From Azolla caroliniana (taxonomy: Eukaryota; Plantae; Polypodiophyta), in assembly GCA_043228905.1 (NCBI GenBank), contig JBHGNT010000012.1:7812001-7876000 (forward strand): DNA of 64,000 nt, in the 5' to 3' direction. Positions 37,708-51,065 of the stretch are shown in pieces (within the stretch, counting starts at the first letter, position 1; each line of letters opens with the position of its first letter). The notes under the pieces were generated by a model. That model did no database searches and was not told the DNA's origin. It worked only from the letters and a program-made list of their open reading frames with translations. A program made the translations under genes and the position numbers.

Positions 37708-40700
37708 GGTTTCCGCCTCTGGCCGAAATTCTTCACAACATCCGCCCCCACCAAACCGCACGTCCACCGGTACATGCCAAATCCGGTGAAGGGTGAGAGA
37801 TTTCGGCCGGTGAGAAACCGGTCTTCCGTAGTCCACATCCCGACTCGCTGCCGGTTTGAACCGTCGGCTTCGGTTCTTCCTTCGCGCTTACCTCGCCGTA
37901 GGCTCGTTCGACCCGTCGATGGGTCCTTCGCTGCGATCTCCGTAGTACGCGTACTTTTGTTGGCCCTTGTTCGGTCGTATGCACGCCCCACTCTCCGCCG
38001 TATGCCCGATGTCCTCCACTTGAGGAATGCCCGTAGTGGCCCGCTTGGCCTCCTTCGACCATTCGTGTTGTCCTGATTGTCGTCCCATGTTGTTTCGCGT
38101 TGCCTTCGTCCTCTTGCCACCACCTTCCTCCTCCATGGTCTTACGTCGCCATGTCGGCTCGAATCGTCATGGTCTCCGGAACGGTGTGGAGGATCCTTCT
38201 CTGGCCTTCTACGTGCTACCTCCGAACCGCGCAACCCATCTTCGCGCTCGCCCTTTCCGCTCCGGCACCTCCGTGTGCCACATATCCTCGCCCATTGTTT
38301 GGCACTACCTGTGTCGCACTCCGGTTCTTTGCACGCCTTGTCGGCCCCTTTCCCGGCCAGATCGTGCATCGCCGCTCATCTGCATACTGGTGTCCTCCGC
38401 ATCCAAGGAACACCCCGTAGTAGCCCGCTTGGCCCTTCCCGTTTTGCGCTGCTGCAACAGGTCCTGAGTCTTCCGCTTGCCGTCGTCCCCTTGCCCCCAC
38501 CAGCTTGTCATCCCTGGCTTCTCGTGTCAGTCTTCGCAAATGTGACTGAGCTACCGAGACCTACGAAGCGAGTGTGGAGGATCCTCCTCCGGACTCCCTT
38601 GTCATCCCCTGACTCCGAACCTGTGCAGTCCACTATGCACTCGTCACCTCGTTCCCGGCACCTCCCTTGTGCCATCTTCTGCTTCCTTTGTTCAGCACCG
38701 CCCGTGCCGAACACTGTCCCGTAGTCACGCTTCGATCCGGCCCGCGATGGCCACTTGCGAGACTCGTGTTCCGCCCTAGGTTTGCCTTTCCAACGCGACA
38801 CACCTCCCCGTGTTTGCCCCTACCGGCTCCTTCCGAAACCGTAACCGGTCGGTAAGGGTTTCGCACTTCGTCCGCCCCCGTCTTACCGACTCCCAATCCG
38901 CTATCTCGTGTCGCTGGGTCCCGTTCCATGCCGCCACCGTCCTTCTCCCTAGGTCTCACGCCAACTCCCGTTAGCGGCTGCCGGAGTCTTTGGATCGGTG
39001 TGAGGGTCCCATAAGACCGGACTCCGTTTCTCTGCTTGCCGAAATTCGGGTGTCTTCTATCGGAGTCCTTCGCGACTCTCCTCGTGTCTTCCGCGTAGCC
39101 GGGTCCTGCCTTCGTGTTGCTGGATCCCGTTTCCCGCCGCCACCAACCTTCTCTCTCGGTCTCATGTTGCCATGTTGGCCGAACTGCCGGAGTCTCCGGT
39201 TCGGTGTGGGGATCCCGTAGGACCGGACTTCCTTATGCTCGTGACCTTGCCGGTCTGTCCGATTCGGTTCCTAGCCGCTTTGTCGGCCTGATACCTTCCT
39301 TCTCTGCTTTCCGTCATCCAAACACGTTCACCTGCTGCCACCGTCCTTTCCTATAGGACTCACGCCAGCTCTTGGGCCGACCGCCGAATCGGTGTGAGGA
39401 TCTTCGTGGGACCTCCCCTTCTAGCTTCGGTTGCCCGCCTTGCCGTCGTCGTTCGTCACTCTAGGTCTCATGCCTTCTCTTGTCCTTGGTTGTCGGAGTC
39501 TCTAGAACCGGTGTGTGTAAGGTCGCAGCTACACCACTCTGCCTTCGCCATCCTCTTTTGTTGGTCACGTTCACCTGCCGCCACCGATCTCTCCTATAGG
39601 ACTCACGCCGGCATTCGGGCCGACAGCCGGATCGGTGCGAGGATCTCCGTAGACCGCCCATCCGTAGCCCTTTGCCTTCGTCCCCTCGCCGCCACCGTTC
39701 GTCACTCTAGGCCTCACACCGGCTCTCGGGCCGACCACCGGTGTCTGTCGAACCAATGTGAAGGATCCTCCTTGGGTTTGCCGTATCTCTGACCCTTATC
39801 CTGGGTCTTCCTTCTTTCGCAAGTCGAGAGGGTGGCTCGCTCCACACCCTCTCCTCCGATACCAATGTACCGCGTTCCCGGCCTCTTCTTAGGCCTGCTC
39901 TCTTCCTCCCTCCCGGAATGGTTTTCCGAAAGTCCGCTCCACCCGGTTCTCGTCCGGGTCTGTCCGTCATTCTCCGGATTGCCAGATCCCGTTCTCCTGT
40001 CGCCACCGATCTCTCTTATAGGACTCACATTAGCACTCGGGCCGACAGCCGGATCGGTGTAAGGAACTCCATAGGACCGGCCTTCATTCTCCTCTTCATC
40101 CTCTGTACTTCTCCCGAACTCATCGTCACTCTCCTTGTTGTGTTCCCACCTCCATCTTCCATCTCTTTCGGTCTCATGTTGCCACGTCGGCCGAACTGCC
40201 GAAGTCCCCGGATAAGACGTGGGGTAACCGATTTTGCAACGTCTTTCAGCGACTCGTCCGGGCCACCGCCCCTTTTAGTGGTGTTGGTGGATAGCATCCG
40301 CGCTGTGATCAATCAAGCCCCGTCTGGGCTTGATTCTCCAATGTCCGGAGTTTCGGCTCCGATGCCGACCTTGCCAGACTCGTTCCGAACCTTTGATCAC
40401 CTTCCTTCCATTCCCGACCTTCACCCGATCGGTCTTTCTCCCCATGTAAAAGAGGGCGGCTCGTCCCGCACCCTCTCCCGTATCGGCACCTTCATCCCGA
40501 ATCCGGCCCTGATCGAACAATCCACGACCGGATTACGCTCCACCCATATCGAAGCGTCGCGTGGTTCGGTCCCCAGTCGGGCCGTTTCTTGGTCTCTTCT
40601 TCGACCTTTTCGCGGGTCATCTCCCATCCATCTTCGTTGGCATCGTGCCAGGACTCCCCGATACCGTCATCCATCTCCTCGGTCTCATATGGGCATAAGG

Positions 40701-42102
40701 GCCCGAACGCCGAGTTCTCCGGAATCGGGTCTGAGGGCTTTCGTCCGCTCCTTCCCCGTATCGTCTCGTCGGTGATTCTCGGTCTCTCACTGCCGCCTTC
40801 CTCCTCTTGGGACTCACGTGCGCACTCGGGCCCGACTGCCATCGTCTCGGGAGCAAGTGTGGGAAGACACGAGGAATCGCCCGTCCATTTTACGCGCTTC
40901 TCCGTAGCCACCAGCCCTTCGTGGTCAGCGGTCGTCTCCTTACCGATTGCGCAAGCCCCGCCTGGGCTTGCTTCTCCCCTGACCGGAGTTTCGGGCTGAC
41001 ACGCCCGAAACCGTTGGTCCTTTCGTTTCGATTCCGCAATCGGTATCTCGGCCTCATCCTCGGTCGTTCTATCTCCGCAAGTCGAGAGGGCGTTTTGTTC
41101 CGCACCCTCTCCCGTCGTACCGTCGTACCGATCTTCCGTCATCACGTGGGGCAGGTCCATTCCTCAGTCTCGGCTTGCGGCCTCGATCTTTCCTCTTCCT
41201 CGAGCATCGCCTCGAGAGCTGCGTACGCCTCCGCAATCCTGGCCCCAACGCCGACCCTTCCCGACTCTCTTTGTCGTTCGGCCTCTTCCCGTTGTGATGG
41301 CATGTCGTCGCACGCCTTCCTCTTGGCCTTGTCGGCCCACTCATTGTCCAGCCATTGGCACACCTTTCCGACCTTCGACCAGTCCTCCATAAGCCCATTC
41401 GCTCTGTCATCCTCTTCGTGCTCAATCCCGATGGCCTCCCGTTCCGCTCGGTCGATCGACCTGACGAACAATAGGACTTTGTCCGCCCCTACCAAACCTT
41501 GTTCCCGCTCCGGGAGCTGAGCAAGTCGTCGCTCGAACTCTCGGAACGCCTTCGTTGCGCCCCGGTGGGTCTTTGCCGACGCTACCCACTGGTCGAAGTC
41601 GTGCCGTCCCCGGCTCTTCCGTCGTCCTCCATATGCCTGCCGGAGTGCCTCTTCAAAGGCCTCCCACGAACTATGAGCTTCTCGGAGCTCCTTCACTTCC
41701 GCGTGCATACGGACGGCGACAACCCGATAGAAGAACTCCGCTTCACGTCTCGCTCCTCGATTTCTGCGTTGTAGGCTTCCAAGTAAGCTAGGACTTTGTC
41801 CCCGTTGAAATGGCCGACTCTTTCGACCACTCGCTCAACCGCTTGTTACGCTTCTTCTCGCCTCATCACCACTCGTGCAAACTCCAACACCACTTCGGCC
41901 ACCATCTCCGCGAGGTCGTCGTCTTTCGACTCCATCCTCCCCTGCTGCCTTTCACGTCGGGTTCACCAAATATGTCACGAAGTTTCGCGCGTGCGTGGAG
42001 AAAGGTGGGACCACGGGGGTCTTGGACTAGGGAGTGACGGAGCGTAGGAAGTCGTGCTTCACCGTCTCCGGGGCATCCCAGAAGCACACCGGAAGCAACC
42101 GA

Positions 42103-42146
<44 letters not shown>

Positions 42147-42511
42147 CACGCAACGTCGACTCTCGCACACACGCACACAACACCGACCCAACTCGCACCC
42201 TCATGTACATAAGCAAGAAAGAGACACTAAGACACACACACGCACACCAACAGAGACACGAATATGCACAACCAAATGTATATGTATTTACAAGACAACG
42301 AGATTCAACACCAACTTCGAGCCGGACCTAGGTCGCATAAGATACAACTGTTGTCTACTGCCAAGCCACCGGTCGGGGAGCTCTCGGGCTTGTCGCGCCA
42401 AGCGGGGTCTTGCACAGAATACAAGGTAGAAAACCGGAACGCTAGATGTCAAGGCTCGACGCACAGAAGGACGAAGAAGAAGCAGAGGAGAGCAAGAAGA
42501 AGAAACCCTAA

Positions 42512-42549
<38 letters not shown>

Positions 42550-42799
42550 TCTCCATCTAACGGTATACCCTACTAATACAAAATGGGCAACCCCTCTACA
42601 AGGGACCATCCCTTCCTTTTATAGAACAAGGAGAGGGATGCGTTACAATGTGGGATAAATCCCGATTTACATGGGATTCTTCGTCCCGACTTAACTCCTA
42701 TTATCCATATAATTATACGAGGGTGAGTGCACATGGTGCACCCCGCCGATGTAGCCAATATTTCCCGGTTTCCGCCTCTGGCCGAAATTCTTCACGACA
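37708..42799 (-). mobile_element. Element G: non-autonomous gag-only LTR element; 5' LTR 41973-42799, PBS(Trp) 41952-41968, 3' LTR stub 37708-37740
   Basis: GGTTTCCGCCTCTGGCCGAAATTCTTCAC at both ends; PBS TGGTGAACCCGACG; gag-like GHFNG..LEAYNAE..SWEAFEEALRQAY; no pol motifs seen. Confidence 0.8.
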
Positions 42800-45700
42800 A
42801 CGCACTTACGATTGTGCCTGGAACGTTGCTGCATTGCACGCTTAACCCTGAATCCCGCGAAATGTGCCTTCGGTGTGATCAACGAGACTCTCCTAGGCCA
42901 CATAGTCAGCAAGGAGGGAATAGCGGTCGACCCAAACAAGATCTCCGCGATTACGCAAGCCAAAACTCCGACAAACGCCAAATCGTTTAGCCGATTTTTA
43001 AGACAAATATGGTGGCATAGTCGGATGATACGGTATTTGGCAGACTTCGCCACGTCGCTACACGCTGTCGTACATCGGATTTCTTTCCAATGGACTGCAA
43101 CGGAGGATAAGGCCTACGAGGCACTTAAGATAATGCTCACACAGGCTCCCGTCGTACAACCACCAGTTTGGGCGAAGCCATTCCACGTGTTCGTCGACGC
43201 CTCGGACATAGCAATAGGAAGTGCACTAATGCAGCTCATCGAACCAAACTGGTACAGGCCAGTATACTACGCGAGTCGTAAATTGTCAGCAGCAGAGCGT
43301 AACTATTCCACAACAGAGCGAGAGGCGCTAGGGATGATCTATAACATCAATAAATTCCGACACTATTTATTAGGAAGGAAATTCACGTTCCACGTGGATC
43401 ATTCGGCACTACTGTATTTGGTGGAGAAACAAGCCCTGACAGAGAAATTGGCACGGTGGATGTTGCTGCTCTAGGAATTCGATTTCGTAATTCAGCACCG
43501 ACCAGGGACGCAACACGTAGTGGCGGATTTTTTGAGTAGACTCGAGAATGGAGAAACAATACAGAAAGACGACGACGATTTTCCGGACGCCGACATCCTG
43601 CGAGTAGCGACACTTGCAGAAAAAACGGAATCGACCTTTCCAGACCGGTGGCTTATGGAAATGGCGTACTTTTTAACTACAGGAATGCCACCACCACAAT
43701 TACGCACGGACGAGAAGAAACGACTAGTCGTCCGAAGCCGTCACTTCTACCTCGTCGAAGGTGTTTTATATCACAAAGGAAGTGATGACATTTGGCGACG
43801 TGGGGTCCGTCAGGATGAGAAGGAAGCATTTTACGGGAGGCACACTGCTGCACGGTAGGCGGCCATTATGCGGGCGACGTGACAACTCGGAAAGTATGGC
43901 AGACGGGCTTATGGTGGCCAACAATGCAGAAGGATGCATCTGAGTATTGTAGAAAGTGGGATTTGTGTCAACGGATGGGTCAGCCCGCGGAGGATGCAAG
44001 GATGCCACACCATCCCGTATTACCGCTAGACCCCTTCCAAAAGTGGGGATTGGATTTTGTAGGCCCCTTCACACTAGCGGCGGCCCGTACGAGCAATAAG
44101 TACATATTGGTAGCCACAGATTACTACACCAAATGGGTAGAAGCAAAGGCACTACGTGAAAATACGGCGGCCGTCATAGCCAGATTCCTTTACGAGCACA
44201 TCTAGTGCCGGTTCGGCTGTCCGATTGAGCTCATCAGTGACCAGGGGAGTCACTTTCTCAATACGGTGGTTCAGGAACTAACACATCATTGCGTCGTAGT
44301 CCATAAGAAGAGCACGCCATATTATTCGCAGGCGAATGGATTAGCAGAATCCACCAACAAGACATTACAGACTATTTTGAAGAAAACCGTCAATGAAAAT
44401 AGAACGGACTGGGATACCAAACTACAGAGTGCGTTATGGGCGTACAGAACTAGCTACAAAACAAGCATACAGTCAACATCGTTCCGACTAGCGTTTGGAC
44501 TGGAGACTGTGATGCCGGTCGAATTTCAAGTACCTAGTTTGCGCATTCAGGTACGAAACCGATTATCAGAAGTCAAATCGGAGGAGGTACGGCTCTACCA
44601 GCTCCTCGAACTAGGGGGAAAATGCGTTTGTGGATCGACATCGGAACACAAGGGAAAAGGAGTTCGTCGTGGGCTGAGCGGTGCTAGTTTTTCAAACGCG
44701 CATGGGCCATATGGCGGGGAAGTTACGTTTCCGCTGGACCGGCCCATACTGGATAATTGGAGCAGAAAAAGGCACGTTCCAACTAGGTACACTGGCTAGA
44801 GAAGTAGTACGGCAAAAGGTGAATGGGTTTCGGCTCAAACCTTACCTGGGCCCTATGCCACCTAACCCATTCACCGCCGAACGAGACAGAGCCGGAGAAC
44901 CCACAGCGTAAAATGGACAGCCCCACTTGTACTATAATGTAAAAATAGGTTGTAAATAACCGTTACGAAAGAAAAAAAGAAGAAGAAGAAGATAGCGACT
45001 ATTAAAACGACTAAAAGCATGCACAAACTCCTAGTTCAAGAACACGCGGCACCACGATGGCTCACCGCCCAATGAACCCTAAGCCACAAAAAGAAGGAAA
45101 CAGAAGATTTTCTACACAAAGCAGAAACCCATCTTCTAGCTATCAACGCTCCCATCACTCCTCCCCCTAACCTTCTCCCCCATCCTATCTTAGAGCTCCA
45201 ACTCACCACAACCACCCGTCTCCTCCCCACGAACCTACTCTGGCGATGCCGATCTTCATCTCTACTGCCCTACGCCGATGGCTAGTGGAGAAACGCCTAG
45301 ATGGTTACCTCCGCACTCGGATGCCATGGACATCGCCAAGAAGCTTAACATCGACACAGTCACCAACTCTTCCATCCGAAAGAAGTTGGACCTATCCTCA
45401 CTAGGCGAAAGACATTTCAAATACCTCATGCAAAGGCGTTGCAGCGGTATTTTGGGCCATATTCCTCCTCCGCCAAGGCCTATAGAACAAAACATATTCC
45501 GGATCCCTTCTTCCGTGAAGTTGCCAAGTTCCTGCTAGAAGTCGGTTGCGTACATGTCAACGCATATGGGATGCCTAAGCAGAAGGCGGGCATCATTATC
45601 GATACCTTTGAAGGGTGTGTCGTCGACTGGGGGGTCATCACAGGGCCAACGTTAAGGGAAGGCTTGCATGCGTACCAAGCAGGCAAAAAGCTCAAGCCGA

Positions 45701-48460
45701 TCATCCAACAATACCTTACGGTACTATTTCCACCCCGAGGCCTGCCAGCACCGCAGCGTAGGCAACCCACGGCCCCGCCCCGATCCGCGAAACGCAGGTT
45801 AGCGGAGTTATCGGCCCCAGAGTGGGAAGAGGAACCCCAACCGGCCCAACCAGACCCAAGGACAACACCTCCTACCGACCAGCCGGACACACGGAGAACG
45901 TAGGAGGAATAGCCGAGACGTTCCATGGAAGCAGCCCCAGAACCAGACACCGAAACACGGCAGGAAAGCCCCAGACCAAAACGGCGCAGATTGGACAGGA
46001 AAGATGGGCGGGGGTTGGTAAAAAAAGCCCCCACGGCAAAAGAGACACCGACCGAAGGCGAAGGCTCCGCAGCAGCGGAACCCAATACCACCTTCGAAAT
46101 CATCCGGGAGCCACAACCGATTATTACAACCCAGTCCCAACGAGGGAAAGCCGTATTGACGGCGGAAAGCGAGGTTTTGGCATATCCGGATATCCCGAAT
46201 ACGGCCCACGAGTTCAGCGCCCTCTTGTAGTTCGGTACTTCTTTTGAGCTCATGGAGTTCCTGGCAACGCAATAGGTCAAAGCCGCCCAACGAATGGCCG
46301 AAGAGCATGTGGAACGCCAGATGATCGAGCGCGCCCTAACACAAACAACGAAGAGCTACGATGAGGATCGGCTAGCCAGGGTCGACAGACAGAGGAACGT
46401 CGGGGTACGCTGAGTGGGGATGGAGATACCCCCCTTAAACACGGCCCTAGTCGAAGTCCATCGGGAATTGGCAAAGGTCAGCATGGGCGCCAAGGAGATG
46501 GCCATAAAAAATAAGAATGTCTGGAAGAAGGTTAAACTGACCCAAGCCGAACAGCAAAAAGCCAACGCACGCATTGCGGAGTTGGAAGCTCACGCAACTA
46601 CGGCGCAACACGCAACCCCGCCACCAAACCACGTCATCGACGCTCTAAAAGAAGAAATCGAGGCTCAGACCGCCATCACCTCAAAAGCAAAAAGGGTCGT
46701 GCAACTAGCGGAATCAAAAATTGACCACCTTCGAGCAGAACTACGCCAATCCTCAGACAGAGAAAAGGAGATACGGGCTAACGAACGGAAGGCAGTAAAA
46801 CCCTTGAAGAGAAACTCGCTACGGAGGTAGCTCAGCACATCCGGACAAAAGACGACAGGACGTGAAGAAATCGGAGGCGGCAATAGAAGGACTTCGGGCC
46901 TTATTAGAAAAAAAGAAGGTATGGTTCAATGAGCAGTTGGTGGTCGAACAAGACAGAAGGCATCAACTCGAAATCTGCCTAAACAATGAAATAGGGAAAT
47001 TAGAAGAACATCATGCAAAGGAATCCCAGCTATGGGCGGGCTTGAAGGCCACGTATGAGGAAGCGGTAGTGGTTAAACAGCAAGAAATTGCAAACCTCCA
47101 GAAGTCGATGTAAGACGCACGCAACCGTTGCCAGGCCATCATAGATAACGTGCGGATCCTTCTCCAAACAAATCGGGAGAGGTTCACAGCGCAATTGAAA
47201 ACGGCGTTGGACAAAGGATGGATGGCGTGGGCAACCCAAGCAGCGGAATTGCACGCATATCGTGCGGACTGGGAGAACCGGCGAAAAGACGGTCGAGGTT
47301 TCTATAAACTAAATGAGGAGAGCATTGTGGTCGTATGGGAGGACCTAGCGCAAGACTATCGTGCGCTAGCAAACCAACACTCTGAAGAACTCGCACAGCT
47401 CTTAGATGATTTTGGTGAAAGTCAGGAGGAGCTATTTCACCAGATCACACAAGCCGGCAACACGCGCACAAACGAGGAATCCAACGCGACGCCAATTCCG
47501 GGCACAGCCGAAGAAGAGGAACCTCAGGCCCGATCACCAGATATGACAACGATGGAGAATAGCGGGGACCGACGAGCAGAGTTTCCCACAGGACCAGACA
47601 GCGAAACCACTACACAACAAGAGGTCCAGCCGCACGAGCCCACACTATCATTAGACCACGCGGAGAACGGTGCGGACCAGGCGGAATATCCGCCCCACTC
47701 CCTGGAACATACAAAAATAGCCGACACCACGAAGGACATAACAATGGAGGCAGAGCCGCAGCCGACTGCAAGCACGACAACGGGGGAGCCCAACCCACTA
47801 ACTCAAGAAGAGCCCATCGTACCCGGACCACCCACACACGGCGACGGCGACTCCGGGAGAAACCAACCTGACCAAACAGAGGAGCCACACCACAATGCAC
47901 CTACGGACCCTACATCACCTCCGGACGAGGACACCGCAGTAGAGCCGAACATCCGGGCCATTTTGGAAGAGGATTAACGGGATGGGTCCGACGTGCCAGG
48001 GCACTGTCCCACAGGCGTGCCAAGTGTTGTCCGCCGGAATAGTAACCGATAGACAAAAGCGTAGGAATAAGAAATTATATAAGAGCATAACGCATGTAAC
48101 GGTTCATGAAGGAAGCGTGAACGGCTAAATAGACCCTGCATATATAAAGGGCAGAAAACCTCTGATGGAGGTGCGTGTAATTTTGTGAATGTAAAGAAAC
48201 ACCTGATAATAGAATTCTATCTTCTCTGATTTTCTGTGTATAGCTACGGCTAATTCAGTGTGTGTGTCTTGAATACCTAAGCGTTTAAGTACGTAAGTGT
48301 AACCCGTGATAGGGATTCAGTTGTAGCCGTCTCCCCTTATACGTTGATAGGTTACAAGGGTTCTTCCCTTACGCATTACGCTTAAACACCTGTTCGTTGT
48401 TCCACACCCACTTTGAGGTCTAGGTCGAAGGACTGACCGCGGACCGTGTTGCGGACAACA
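42800..48460 (+). mobile_element. Gypsy element E1 3' half: RT end, RH, INT, extra ORF, 3' LTR 48025-48460
   Basis: [37 protein letters not shown]; LTR homologous to 50628-51065. Confidence 0.9.
45278..47977 (+). pseudogene. E1 extra 3' ORF (~900 codons, disrupted)
   Basis: Consecutive pieces at 45278, 45439, 45925, 46414, 46862 and 47150 ending NIRAILEED*. Confidence 0.78.
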
Positions 48461-50580
48461 CCTACCGCCCAGCCAGACACGGACAACGTAGGAGGAACAG
48501 TCGGCACGTTCCGTGGAAGCAGCCCCAGAGCCAGACACCAAAACACGGCAGGATAGCCCCAGACCGAAACGGCGTAGATTGGACAGGAAAGATGGGCGGG
48601 GATTGGTCAAAGACGTCCCCACGGCGGCAGATACACCGACCGAAGGCGATGGCTCCGTAGCTACAGATCCCAATACCACATTCGAAATTATTCGGGAGCC
48701 ACAACCGATCATTACAACCGAGTCTCAATGAGGGAAACCGTATTGACAGCGGAAAGCGAGGTTTTGGCATATCCAGATATCCCAGATACGGCCCATGAGT
48801 TCAGCACCCTCTTACAGTTCGGAACCTCTTTTGAGCTCATAGAATTCCTGGCAACACAACAGATAAAAGCCTCCCAACGAATGACCGAGGAGCACGCGGA
48901 GCGCCAGATGATCGAGCGTGCCCTAACACAAACGGCGGAGAGTGACAATGAGGACCGGCTGGCCAGGGTCGGCAGACAGAGGAACGCTGGGGTATGCCGA
49001 GTGGGGATGGAGCTACCCCCATTAAACACGGCCCTAGTCGAAGTCCATAGGGAACTAGCAAAGGTCAGCACGGGCGCCAAGGAGATGGCCATTAAAAATA
49101 AGAATGTCTGGAAGAAGGTGAAAATGACCCAAGCCGAGCTGCAAAAACCCAACGAACGCATCGCGGAGTTGGAAGCTAACGCGACTACAGCGCAACACGC
49201 AACTCCGCCACCACACCACGCCATTGATGCTTTGAAGGAAGAAATTGAGGCTCATACCACCATCGCCTCGAAAGCGAAAAGGGTCGTGCAACTAGCGGAA
49301 TCAGAAATTGACCGCCTTCGAGCTGAACTACGCCAATCCTCAGATAGAGAAAAGGAGATACGGGCTAACGGCCGGAAGGCAGTAAAAACCCTCGAAGAGA
49401 AACTCGCTACGGAGGTAGCTCAGCACATCCGGACAAAAGACGAAAACGCCCAATTACGGGAGGAAGCGAAGAAATCGGAGGCGACAATCGCGGGACTCCG
49501 GGCCTTATTAGAGAAAAAGAAGGTATGGTTCGACAAGCAGCTGGTGGTTGAACAGGAAAGAAGGCATCAGCTCGAAATCCGCCTAAACAATGAAATGGGG
49601 AAATTAGAAGAACAACATATAAAGGAATCCCAGTTGTGGGCGGGCCTGAAGACCACGTACGAAGAAGCAGTGCGGTTGGGCAGCAAGAAATTGCAAACCT
49701 CCAGAAGTCGATGGAGGACGCACGCAATCGTTGCCAGGCCATCACAGACAACGTGCGTATCCTTCTCCAAACAAATCAGGAGAGGTTCACAGCGCAATTG
49801 AAAACGGTGTTGGACAAAGGATGGATGGCGTGGGCAACCCAAGCAGCAGAATTGCACGCGTATCATGCGGACTGGGAGAACCGACGAAAAGGCGGCCGAG
49901 GTTTCTATAAACTAAATGAGGAGAGCATTGCGGCCATACGCGAGGACCTAGCGCAAGACTATCGTGCGCTAGCGGACCAACATTCCGAAGAACTCGTGCA
50001 CCTCTTAGATGATTTTGGTGAAAGCCATGAGGAGCTATTCCACCAGATCACACAAGTCGGCAACACGCGAACAAATGAGGAATCCAGCGCGACGCCAAGT
50101 CCGGGCACAGCCGAAGAAGACGAACCTCAGGCCAGATCACCAAAAATTACGACGACGGTGAACAACGCGGACCGACGAGCGGAGTCCCCCACAGTACAAA
50201 ACAGCGAAACCGCTACCCAAGAGGAGCTCCATCCACAGGAGCCCACGCTATCGTCGGACCACACGGAGAACGATGCGGGCCAGGCAAAATCGCAGTCCCA
50301 GTCCCCAGAACGTACAAAGACAGCCGACACCACGGAGGAAGTAACGATTGAGACAGAGTCACGGCCGACCGCAAGCAAGACGATGGCGGAGCCCAACTCA
50401 CGAGCTCAAGAAGAGCCCATCATACCCAGACCGCCCACACACGACGACTGCGACACCGGGAGAAACCATTCCAACCAAACAGGGGAGCCGCACCACGATG
50501 CACCTACGGGCCCTACGTCACCTCGAAACGCGGACACCGTAGCAGAGCCAAACATCCGGGCCATTTTGGAAGAAGATTAA
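48461..50580 (+). pseudogene. E2 extra 3' ORF, C-terminal two thirds
   Basis: Paralogous to 45870-47977 with the same NIRAILEED* end. Confidence 0.8.
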
Positions 50581-51065
50581 CGAGATGGGTCCGACATGCC
50601 AAGGCACTGTCCCACAGGCGTGCCAGGTGTTGTCCGCCGGAATAGTAACCGACAGACAAGAGCGTAGGAATAAGAAATAATATAAGATCATAACGCATGT
50701 AATAGTTCACGCAGGAAGCGTGAACGGCTAAATAGACCATGTGTATATAAAGGGCAGAAAACCTCTGATAGAGGGAGCGTGTATTTTGGAATGTAAAGAA
50801 GTGTATCATAATAGAATTCTATCTTCTCTGAAAGTCTGTGTATAGCTACGACTAATCTATTGTGTGTCTGGAATACCTGAGCGTGTAAGAAAGTGAGTGT
50901 AACCACTGATAAGGAGTCAGTTGTAGCCGTCTCCCTTATACACAGATAGGTTACGGGGAACATTCCCCTACGCATTACGCATAGACGCCACCATTCATTG
51001 TTTCACAATCACTTGGAGGTCTAGGTCGAAGGACTGACTGCAGACTGTGTTCCTAATCAGTAACA

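Larger units (their letters stand above)
26301..51065 (+). mobile_element. Gypsy element E2 (5' LTR stub 26301-26367, 3' LTR 50628-51065), TSD GCCCG
   Basis: TGTTGTCCGCCGGAATAG starts at both ends; TSD at 26296-26300 and 51066-51070; internal part largely replaced by nested elements. Confidence 0.88.

Noticed and set aside
37701-41520. Numerous overlapping 100-285 aa ORFs on both strands
   Set aside because: Expected in GC-rich repetitive TE interior; no domain motifs apart from the gag-like piece.
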